Below, piece after piece: positions 1 through 10,193 of a stretch of DNA of 64,000 nt (position 1 is the stretch's first letter; every line of letters begins with the position of its first letter). The DNA comes from Hypanus sabinus (lineage: Eukaryota), in assembly GCF_030144855.1 (NCBI RefSeq), contig NC_082717.1, forward strand, positions 3,906,001 through 3,970,000, in the 5' to 3' direction. Made by a program: the position numbers and the translations under genes. The notes below the pieces were generated by a model. It did no database searches, had not been told where the DNA came from, and saw nothing but the letters and a program-made list of their open reading frames with translations.

Positions 1-3000
1 ACCTGGTAAACAACATTCCAATCCTCACTTGCAGGAATTGTAGTCGATCTCCACTTCCTCATCAACACTCCTTTTTCAAAGTAATATCCTACTGGCACCT
101 TATCAATTTCACTATCTGGTAGAGCTTGTTCTTTTAATTTTATAATCTCAGGGTCTCAATTCTGCTCTGCTATCACCTCCTTCCGAGACAGAGATAAATC
201 TTCATAGTCAGACTTACTCCAAGAATCTTGTTCAAACAATAAATATGTGAGGAAGTTTCTTTGGAAAGGAAAGATGTCAAGAAGATCGTTGGGAAAATTG
301 ACATGGAAATTTGATCTAGGAGGGTTACAACTTCCAAATTTTAAGAATTATTATAAAGCAAATCAACTTAGATTTATTGCATCTTTTTTTGAGAAAGATA
401 AACTGGCAAGGATTAGAATAGAACTAGATAAAATAGGAGAAAATATACCAGAAGATTTTATATATAAATGGGAATCTAAATGGATACGGGAAAAGAAAGA
501 ATCTCCTATATTAAAACATTTGATTGATTTATGGAATAAGATAAATGTTGACGATGAGATAAAGAAATCCTTATTAGCAAAGAGATCTTTAATTCAAAAT
601 AGACTTATTCCTTTTACAATGGATAATCAACTTTTATATAATTGGTTTCAAAAAGGGATTAGATGTATAGGTGATTGTTTTGAAGGAGTATATTAATGTC
701 ATTTGATCAATTAAAGAATAAATATAAAGTATCAAACAACACTCTTTTTTGTTACATTCAACTAAGGACTTATTTAAGAGAAAAACTAGGTCAAACAATG
801 TTATTGCCGAAATCTAATGAAATAGAAACTTTAATTCAAAAAGGAAAGATTAAAAAAATCATTTCTTGTACGTATAATTTGATTCAAAAACAGGCAATTA
901 AACAAGGAGTCCATAAGTCAAGACAAAAATGGGAAAGTGACTTGAATATTAAAATTGAAGAAAAAAATTGGTCTTGAGAGTATGACAAATACAATAAATG
1001 TCTGGTTAAGATTAGTGCAATATAACTTTTTACATCAATTATATATTACACCACAAAAAATAAATAAATTAAACCCAAATTTATCCGATCTATGTTTCCG
1101 ATGTAACCAAGAAATTGGTACTTTTTTACATTCTACTTGGTCTTGTTCTAAAATTCAACCTTTTTGGACAAATTTAAGAGTTTTATTGGAACAGATTATT
1201 GGAATAAAACTTCCACATAATCCAATATTATTTTTACTAGGTGATATTGAAGGGATAAAAGTGATACCCAAATTGAATAAATATCAGAAAGAATTCATAA
1301 AAATTGCATTGGCAGTAGCCAAAAAGGCTATTGCAGTAACTTGGAAATCGGATACATATTTAAGTATAGATCGTTGGAAGAAAGAAATTTATAGCTGTAT
1401 TCCACTTGAAAAAATTACTTATAATTTAAGAGATTAGTATGAAACATTTTTGAAAATTTGGCACCCTTATTTACAAAAGACAGGATTAAATATATAGGTG
1501 CTCTGGAGATGAAATAATTGGTTATTTGGGGAAAGAAATAAATATATGTACTAAAGTTATTACAAACTCCATGGAGCATGTGGGGATCTTCCAATATCCA
1601 TGCACTCTTTCTTTCTTTTTTTCTCTTTCTTTCTCTTTTTTTTTCTATAGGGATGCTAGGGGGGAGGGGTTAAAGGGAGGGGGGATGGGTAATATACATT
1701 TTTTTTCATACTTTTATTTTGTAACTACTTGAAATACAATAAAAAAGTTTAAAAAAAAACAATGAAGGTAAGAAAATCTCTGACACTTCCTCAAAACTCG
1801 AATCCTGAGTTGAACAGTCCTGAGTAACAACCTCATTCTGCACATCAATCTTTTTAGCCATAGCTCTAGTCACAACACAGGAAGAATCTGTGTTAGAATC
1901 CATCTGTGGTTCCTCTGACTCCATTGACAAATGTACTTCAGGAAAAACTTGTCCACCTGCCAAGACATTACCTAACAATAAAGAAATATCCTTCACAGGT
2001 AAGCTATGCTGTAATCCTACTTTAACAAATCCTGTAACTAACCCTGACTTTAAATTTACTTTATGCAAATGTACAGGCATAAAGGCACTCCCAACACCTC
2101 GTATATAATTTACTTCACCAGTATCAGACTCTTCATTAAACTTCAATACACTGTCTAACATCAGTGATTGAGAAGCTCCAGTATCCCTAAGGATTTTTAT
2201 TGACACTGGAGTAGATCCTTCTTTCAAGGATACAAACCCTTCAGTTATAAAATGATCATATCCCCTTTTAACTTGGTCAGACTCTAACAAAACTTCATTT
2301 GCGTTTATCGAACCCTGTAATTTTTCAGGTGTTTCAGTGTGTTGCACACAAGCATCTGGAACTTCTTCCTTCTCTTTCTTTTTCAATTGGAAACAGTTTG
2401 CTATTACATGGCCAGGTTTTTCACAATAGTTACAAACAGGACTAAACTGTCTTTCCTTCACAGGTTTTCCTTCCTCCTTACCTTTATCATTAATTTCTGA
2501 TTTAATTTCTGGTTTACCTTGAGTCTCTGTGTTATTTTTCCTCTTAAAAATTCTGCCCTGAGGAAATTTATTCTTATGGATTAAAACATACTCATCAGCT
2601 ATTCTAGCAGAGTCCTGCATTGTATCAGTATCCCTCTCATTTAAGTAGGTCCTTACTTCAACAGGGATGCTTCTTTTAAATTCCTCCATTAAAATCAGCT
2701 CTTTTAATTTATTATAATCCCCACTTATATTTTTAGAGGAAACCCATCTCTCAAAACACACAGCTTTATCATAGGCAAATTCCACATAAGGTTCTCTACA
2801 GATTTCTTCAAACTTCGGAATCTTTCTCTATACACTGCTGGGACCAATCCATATGCCTTAAAAATCTGCTGTTTCACAATATCATAATCAAGTACTTACG
2901 CAGCAGTTAAAGCTGTATAAACTTGTTGTGCTTTGCCTGTAACAACACTGACCATTTATCTTTCAGCGACTCTGAAATCTGAGCAATCGTTTCAAAATGT

Positions 3001-3567
3001 TGGAAATATCTTTCTACTTCTGTTTCACTAAATGGAGGGACCAATTTAATTTCTTGACGAACAACAAACAGTTTTTTAGAACCAGAAGACTGATTCTCAG
3101 ACCTTAATTCTGCCATCACATATTCAAATTCCCTCTTTTTACCTTCAGCTTCCAACCTACAATGCTTCAATTCTGCTTTACTTTGTTCCAACTTCATTTG
3201 TTTGATTTGCAACTGCATCTCTAGATTACTTATTGGAAACAAATCTAAAACCAATTCATCAAAATCACCCGAATCCACATAGTGTGACGCGATTTTTCTC
3301 TGTATTAGAGCCTTTGATGTAGACCTCGAAATACCTTTAAGTTCCAATCTACTAGCTATCTCAGACACCTCAGTTTTTTTCGCCTTCGCTAACAACTCCG
3401 CGTCTGGTGAAGCCAGAAAGTCATCAATATTCATTATTGCCAAATACCACTCACAAACCAATCAAACAAAAGAATTGAGTATTCCCCTTTCCCAAAACAC
3501 CGATTCAAAATATAACAAGCATTTAAACTCAAAAATGGTTGATCCCAGATATAGCCCCCCATATTTA
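1..3567 (-). mobile_element. Gypsy LTR retrotransposon internal region (gag, zinc knuckle, protease), interrupted by an L1 fragment
   Basis: ORFs 2907-3461 and 1706-2785 encode a gag-like region, the CCHC knuckle CNYCEKPGHVIANC and the protease motif ILRDTGASQS. The frame continues across the L1 insertion (LPSLF|EQDSWSKSD). A PBS-like sequence follows the LTR end. Confidence 0.88.
241..1756 (+). mobile_element. 5'-truncated L1/Tx1-clade LINE (ORF2 C-terminus)
   Basis: Frameshifted ORFs with GGLQLPNF and the Cys/His motif CFRCNQEIGTFLHSTWSC; A-rich tail; flanking AAACAAT direct repeat at 234-240 and 1757-1763. Confidence 0.9.
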
Positions 3568-4094
3568 TGTTACGGATTCAGCAACAATAAATATATAAGT
3601 GAGGCAGGGTTTTTTTTATAACAAATAAAACATTTATTAAACACTGAAAAACAAACCCCAAAAGTAAACAAACAATGAACGCAACCGGAAATCAGCTGCT
3701 GTGCAGCAGCTTAAGCAGTTCTTAAAGGGATAAAGCGAAAACAGTTCTTAAAGCGATGTTGCAAAAACAGTTCTTCAAAGTAGTACTGCGAAAGTTCAAA
3801 ATGCTTACAGTCCATTAGAGAGACTTTTTTAGACGATTTAAATTCAATTTCACGTCGTGTTGTTGTGGTTCCCAGTGGAACTATACTTTTCCTGAAGAAT
3901 TTACGAAGATGAAAATGAAACGGTTTAAAGGCACTGACCTTTCCTTGGCAAAACAGTACCCAACCCTTTCTGCTCTTATCACAGGGGCTAACACGGCCTA
4001 CGAATTCCTTCCGAATGAGGATCAAACAAGGTCAAACCTGTTTCACCGTCAAAATCAACTTTCCTTGATCTTTTAGCTCCTGAACCCCGATCTT
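3568..4094 (-). repeat. LTR of the minus-strand Gypsy element
   Basis: Ends ...CCGTAACA on the minus strand, followed by the PBS-like ATGGGGGGCTATATCTGGGATC. The outer boundary is approximate. Confidence 0.65.
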
Positions 4095-4235
4095 CAGTTG
4101 CAAATCAAACAAATGAAGTTGGAACAAAGTAAAGCAGAATTGGAGCATTGTAGGTTAGAAGCTGAACATAAAAAGACGAAATTTGAATATGTGATGGTAG
4201 AATTAAGATCTGAGAATCAGTCTTCTGGTTCTAGA

Positions 4236-4620
4236 AACCCGGAGCTAGGGCTTTACTCTTTGGAGAGAAGGAGGATGAGAGGAGACATGATAGAGGTGTA
4301 CAAGATATTAAGAGGAATAGATAGAGTGGACAGCCAGCGCCTCTTTCCCAGGGCACCACTGCTCAGTACAAGAGGACATGGCTTTAAGTTAAGGGGAGGG
4401 AAGTTCAAGGGGGATATTAGAGGAAGGTTTTTCACTCAGAGAGTGGTTGGTGCGTGGAATGCACTGCCTGAGTCAGTGGTGGAGGCGAACACACTATTGA
4501 AGAGACTACTGGACAAGTATATGGAGGAATTTAAGGTGGCGGGTTATATGGGAGGCAGGGTTTGAAGGTCAGCGCAACATTGTGGGCCAAAGGGCCTGTA
4601 ATGTGCTGTGCTATTCTATG
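4236..4620 (+). mobile_element. CR1 3' fragment
   Basis: LGLYSLERRRMRGD...FFTQRVVGAWNALP, the C-terminus of CR1 ORF2. Confidence 0.85.
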
Positions 4621-6018
4621 TTCACTCTCCACTGATTTTTAACTGGCAGTATTATAAAGAAACTGCTGGCAATGACCTTTTAAACTTTAGGCAGAAAATA
4701 AAACTCCACCTGTCAACGGAACTGCATCATAATATTGGACCACACAGTAACATGGAGTCAGAATGGCAAATCCAGCAAGAACTGCCCCTCCTCACAGGGA
4801 GGGGTCCTCCTTTTATAGCTTGTTGAAAAAAACTGTCACATGACCTCTACTGGAAAAATGATGTCACTGCACCATCACAAGACCATTTCCTTAGGTCCAG
4901 TATAGCTTCAACACCACTGTCATGTGACAAGTACAAGATACCCACGGGTATGTAATACCAGTAATCGCAGATTAAAGCATTGAAGGAGGGTGAGACATTG
5001 GGGCGAATGCGGAAGACGAGCGAGAGTTCAGTGCCAGCTGTCTTCCTTTCCATTGCTGGGGGAGAAGGAGTCTGTGAGCGGCCTATCATTGTGTGGCTCA
5101 CTGTGGCAGGCAGGTAGGCCTCTCCCTCGTATGGTGTTCCTCTCTTTCGATGAGTGTCACTGATACCATACGATGGAATGCTGGTTCTGTGTTTATGGAT
5201 TGAACTATTGAGTGTAGACTTTTTCACTTATGGTTTTATATTATGTGTTTTTAGCACCCATTCCTTTTCTGTTTGGTTGTGCAAAGGGGGTTTTTGGGTG
5301 TTGCTGTTCTGTTGTGTTCTGTAGTATTTTTGTGAGTGTAAAGGGGGTTTCTTTTTCTTTATTACTGTTGGGAAAGGGCTTCTTTGTTTTGTTAAAAGCA
5401 GGAATGTTTCTTTGTTGCGAGAGAGTGCTGGGAGAATTGTATTCCTTTGTAAACCAAATGGAGATTAATGTTCTTTCTTCTGAGTCTGTAAGCTTTTGTT
5501 GACGGGCTTTTGGGCAGATCGGCGCGAGGGGGTTGAGAGAGAGGACACAATGCTGTAAGCTGGGTGAGGAACGGACCCCAAGAGGGGGTCCGAGACCAGG
5601 AGGTTCTCCGAGGAGGGGGGGGGGATGAAGCTAGATGTGCTTGGTTGACCACTCGGAGGGTCCTGAGCTGCGAGTCGAGGAGTTCGGAGGGGATCGAATG
5701 GTGGCCAGAAGACTTCAGAAATTGAGCTCTAACGGTTGTACACGAAGTGGTTTGGACTTTGATAAGTTTGGCGCCTTTTCTTTATTTTTTCTCTTCATAA
5801 ATTTAGAATATTGTGTGCAGTTCTGGTCACCGAATTATAGGAAAGATATCAATAAAATAGAGAGAGTGCAGAGACAATTTACTAGGATGTTACCTGGGTT
5901 TCAGCACTTAAGTTACAGGGAAAGGTTGAACAAGTTAGGTCTCTATTCATTGGAGCGTAGAAGGTTGAGGGGGGATTTGATCGAGGTATTTAAAATTTTG
6001 AGAGGGATAGATAGAGTT

Positions 6019-9000
6019 ATAGACAATAGACAATAGGTGCAGAAGTAGACCATTTGGCCCCTCGAGTCTGCACCGCCATTCTGAGATCATGGCTGATCAT
6101 TCACTATCAATACCCAGTCCCTGCCTTGTCCCCATATCCCTTGATTCCCCTATCCATCAGATATCTATCTAGCTCCTTCTTGAAAGCATCCAGAGAATTG
6201 GCCTCCACCATCTTCCGAGGCAGTGCATTCCACACCTCCAAAACTCTCTGGGAGAAGAAGTTCTTCCTCAACTCTGTTTTAAATAACTGACCTCTTATTC
6301 TCAATCCATGCCCTCTGGTACTGGACTCTCCCAACATCTGGAACATACTTCCTGCCTCAATCCTATCAAGTCCTTTAATTATCTTAAACGTTTCAATCAG
6401 ATCCCCTCTCAATCTCCTCAATTCCAGCGTGTACAAGCCCAATCTCTCCAATCTCTCTGCGTAAGACAGCCCTGCCATCCCAGGAATCAACCTAGTGAAT
6501 CTACGCTGCACTTCCTCAACTGCCAGAATGTCCTTCCTTAAACCTGGAGACCAAAACTGTACACAATATTCCAGGTGTGGTCTCACCAGGGCCCTGTACA
6601 AATGCAAAAGGACATCCTTGCTCTTGTATTCAATTCCCCTTGTAACAAAGGCCAACATTCCATTTGCCCTCTTCACTGCCTGTTGCACTTGCTCATTCAC
6701 CTTCATTGACTGGTGAACTAGGATTCCTAGGTCTCTTTGCATTTCTTCCTTACCTAACTCTACTCCGTTCAGACAATACTCTGCCCTCTTGTTCCTGCTT
6801 CCAAAGTGGATAACTTCACATTTATTCACATTGAATGACATCTGCCAAGTATCTGCCCACTCACCCAGCCTATCCAAGTCTCCCTGTATTCTCCTAACGT
6901 CCTCTTCGCATGTCACACTGCCACCCAGTTTAGTATCGTCAGCAAACTTGCTGATATAGTTTTCAATGTCCTCATCTAAATCATTGACATAAATCGTAAA
7001 GAGCTGTGGTCCCAATACGGAGCCCTGTGGTACCCCACTAGTCACCTCCAGCCAGTCCGAGAAACACCCATTCACTGCTACCCTTTGCTTTCTATCTGCC
7101 AACCAGTTTTCTATCCATGTTGAAACCCTGCCCCCAATGCCATGAGCTCTGATTTTACTCACCAATCTCCTATGTGGCACCTTATCGAATGCCTTCTGAA
7201 AATCTAGGTATACAACATCCACTGGCTTACCCTCGTCTAACATCCTTGTTACACCCTCAAAAAACTCCAACAGATTAGTCAAGCATGATTTGCCCTTGGT
7301 AAATCCATGCTGGCTCGGCCTAATCCTATTTCTGCCATCTAGATGTGCCACTATTTCGTCCTTAATAATGGACTCAAGCATCTTCCCCACGACTGACGTT
7401 AGGCTAACAGGGCGATAGTTCTCCGTTTTCTCCTTCCCTCCCTTCTTGAAAAGTGGGATAACATTAGCCACTCTCCAACCTTCAGGAACTGATCCTGAAT
7501 CTAAGGAACATTGGAAAATGATTACTAATGCATCCACAATTTCCTGAGCCACCTCTTTTAGAACCCTTGGATGCAGACCATCTGGACCCGGGGATTTATT
7601 AGCCTTCAGTCCTACCAGTCTACTCATCACAGTTTCTTTCCTAATGTCAATCTGTCTCAATTCCTCTGATATCTTATGACCCTGGCCCATCCACACATCT
7701 GGGAGATTGCTTGTGTCCTCCCTGGTGAAGACAGATCTAAAGTACTCATTAAATTCTGTTGCCATTTCCCTGTTTCCCATAACAATTTCTCCCAATTCAT
7801 TCTTCAAGGGGCCAACATTGTTCTTAACTATCTTCTTTCTCTTCACATAGCTAAAAAAGCTTTTGCTATCCCCTTTTATATTCCTGGCTAGACTGAGCTC
7901 ATACCTGATTTTTTCTCTCCGTATTGCTTTTTTAGTTAAGATCTGCTGCTCCTTAAAACTTTCCCAATCATCTGTATTCCCACTCATCTTAGCCCTGTCA
8001 TACTTCTTTTTCTTAAATGCTATACAATCTCTGACTTCCTTTGTCAACCACTGTGACCCCTTCCCCCTCTTTGAATCCTTCCTTCTCATTGGAATGAACT
8101 GCTTTTGCATCTTTTGTATTATGCCCAAGAATATCTGCCACTGCTGATCCACTGTCTTTCCTGCCAGGGCATCCGCCCATTTAACTTTGGCCAGCTCTTC
8201 CCTCATGGCTCCGTAGTCTCCTTTATTTAATTGCAACACTGACACCTCTGATCTGCCCTTATCCCTCTCAAATTGTAGATAAAAACTTATCATGTTATGA
8301 TCACTACTTCCTAATGGCTCCTTTACTTCAAGATCACTTATCAATTCCTGTTCATTACACATCACCAAGTCCAAAATAGCCTCGTTCCTGGTTGGCTCAA
8401 GCACAAGCTGTTCCAAAAATACATCCCTTAGACATTCCACAAACTCCCTATCCTGGGGTCCAGCACCTACCTGATTCTCCCAGTCCACCTGCATGTTGAA
8501 ATCTCCCATAACGACTGCATTACCTTTAGCACATGCCAATGTTAACTCCCTAATCAACTTGTACCCAATATCCACGCTACTGTTTGGGGGCCTGTACACA
8601 ACACCCATTAGGGTCTTTTTACCCTTGCTGTTCCTCAGCTCAATCCACACAGACTCTACTTCCCCTGTTCCCAAGTCACCTCTTGCTAAGGACTGAATCT
8701 CATTCCTTACCAACAGGGCCACCCCACCCCCTCTTCCCATATTTCTGTCTCTACGATAGCACGTATACCCTGTTACACTCAATTCCCAGGCCTGATCCCC
8801 TTGCAGCCATGTCTCCGTTATCCCAACAATATCATAGTTCCCCATTTTCATCTGAGCTTCAAGCTCATCTGCCTTATTTCTGACACTACGTGCATTCAAG
8901 TATAGAATTCTTAGCCCATTCCTCCTCTCTTTGCTTAAAAGACTGTCTACTGTACCTAACCCAGCTCCTTGAACTTCCATTGGGCTAATTGCACCCTGAA

Positions 9001-10193
9001 TTTTGATGACCTTCTCAAGATCACCCAAACCTTCTACACATTTAATCCCATGCTCCTTCTGACCAACCCTCTGGATCTGGATCCCTGCCCCCTGCACATC
9101 TAGTTTAAACCCCCCCGAGCAGCACTGGCAAACACTCCTGCAAGAATGCTAGTACCCCTCCGGTTCAGATGTAGACCGTCCCTTCGAAACAGATCCCAAT
9201 GTCCCTGGAACAAAGACCAATTATCCAAAAACCTGAACCCTTCCTTCCTGCACCATGCTCTCAGCCTCGTATTAATGTGCATAATCATTCTATTCTTCGC
9301 CTCACTCGCACGTGGCACAGGTAGCAATCCCGAGATTGTCACCCTGGAGGTCCTGCCTTTCAGCTTCACTCCTAACTCCCTGAACTCTCTAAACAGGACC
9401 CCTCACTCACCTTACCTACATCGTTGGTCCCTACATGGACCACTACATCTGGGTTCATGCCCTCGTTCTCAAGAATAGCCTGCACCCGATCTGAGATGTC
9501 CCGGACCCTGGCACCAGGGAGGCAACATACCATCCGAGACTCCCGATCTGCCCCACAAAATCTCCTATCTGCCCCCCTGACTATAGAATTCCCTAAAACT
9601 ATCGCTCTCTTCTCTTCCCTCCTCCCCTTTCTAGTTGAGGGTTCAACCTCTGTGCCAGAGGCAGGACCACTACAACTCATTCCTGGTAGGTCATCCCCAT
9701 CAACAGTATCCAGTACGGTATACTTATTGTTAATGGGAATGGCCGCAGGGGTGCTCTGCTCTCTCTGCCTGCTCCCCTGCCTCTCTGGACTGTCACCCAT
9801 CTGCTTAAACCTTGGTTCTTTGGTGTGACTACCTCCTGATAACTCCTATCTATCTCTGCCTCTGCCTCCCGAATGATCCGTAGTTCATCCAGCTCCTGCT
9901 CCAACTCCCTAACTCGGGCTGATAGGAGCTGCAGCTGGACGCACCTCTTGCAGGTGTGGTCATCAGGGACAACTGTATTGACCCTGACTTCCCACATACT
10001 GCATACGGAGCACACCACTGCTCTGACTGTCTCCCCCATACCTGAACTGGATTAATAGAATGTCTAAAAAGCACCTAGCGACCTTACCTTCTTCCCCTCA
10101 GCGAGCAATCACACAGCCTTACCGAAGTCCCCTTACGCCGAAGCCCACTTAGCCAAAGCCCAGGACTCTGCTTCCACGGACTCCGTCGGACTC
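6019..10193 (-). mobile_element. Full-length CR1 LINE with frameshifted ORF1 and open ORF2
   Basis: ORF1 is in three pieces (CxxC-CxxC, coiled coil, SGNH-esterase-like). ORF2 follows, and the element ends in an (ATTGTCT)n tail. AGTT is present at both junctions. Confidence 0.95.
6107..9097 (-). CDS. CR1 ORF2 (APE endonuclease plus reverse transcriptase), 996 aa, uninterrupted
   Basis: YLNARS, GDFN and SDH endonuclease motifs; PQGSVLGP and FADD RT motifs. Confidence 0.95.
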   Translation of the reverse strand: MQGAGIQIQRVGQKEHGIKCVEGLGDLEKVIKIQGAISPMEVQGAGLGTVDSLLSKERRNGLRILYLNARSVRNKADELEAQMKMGNYDIVGITETWLQGDQAWELSVTGYTCYRRDRNMGRGGGVALLVRNEIQSLARGDLGTGEVESVWIELRNSKGKKTLMGVVYRPPNSSVDIGYKLIRELTLACAKGNAVVMGDFNMQVDWENQVGAGPQDREFVECLRDVFLEQLVLEPTRNEAILDLVMCNEQELISDLEVKEPLGSSDHNMISFYLQFERDKGRSEVSVLQLNKGDYGAMREELAKVKWADALAGKTVDQQWQIFLGIIQKMQKQFIPMRRKDSKRGKGSQWLTKEVRDCIAFKKKKYDRAKMSGNTDDWESFKEQQILTKKAIRREKIRYELSLARNIKGDSKSFFSYVKRKKIVKNNVGPLKNELGEIVMGNREMATEFNEYFRSVFTREDTSNLPDVWMGQGHKISEELRQIDIRKETVMSRLVGLKANKSPGPDGLHPRVLKEVAQEIVDALVIIFQCSLDSGSVPEGWRVANVIPLFKKGGKEKTENYRPVSLTSVVGKMLESIIKDEIVAHLDGRNRIRPSQHGFTKGKSCLTNLLEFFEGVTRMLDEGKPVDVVYLDFQKAFDKVPHRRLVSKIRAHGIGGRVSTWIENWLADRKQRVAVNGCFSDWLEVTSGVPQGSVLGPQLFTIYVNDLDEDIENYISKFADDTKLGGSVTCEEDVRRIQGDLDRLGEWADTWQMSFNVNKCEVIHFGSRNKRAEYCLNGVELGKEEMQRDLGILVHQSMKVNEQVQQAVKRANGMLAFVTRGIEYKSKDVLLHLYRALVRPHLEYCVQFWSPGLRKDILAVEEVQRRFTRLIPGMAGLSYAERLERLGLYTLELRRLRGDLIETFKIIKGLDRIEAGSMFQMLGESSTRGHGLRIRGQLFKTELRKNFFSQRVLEVWNALPRKMVEANSLDAFKKELDRYLMDRGIKGYGDKAGTGY

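Noticed and set aside
4098-4565. 155-aa chimeric ORF as a novel gene
   Set aside because: It is an accidental in-frame fusion of an inverted gag fragment and a CR1 3' end.
9100-10039. Esterase-like domain in LINE ORF1 as a novelty
   Set aside because: SGNH esterase domains in CR1 ORF1 are already well described.
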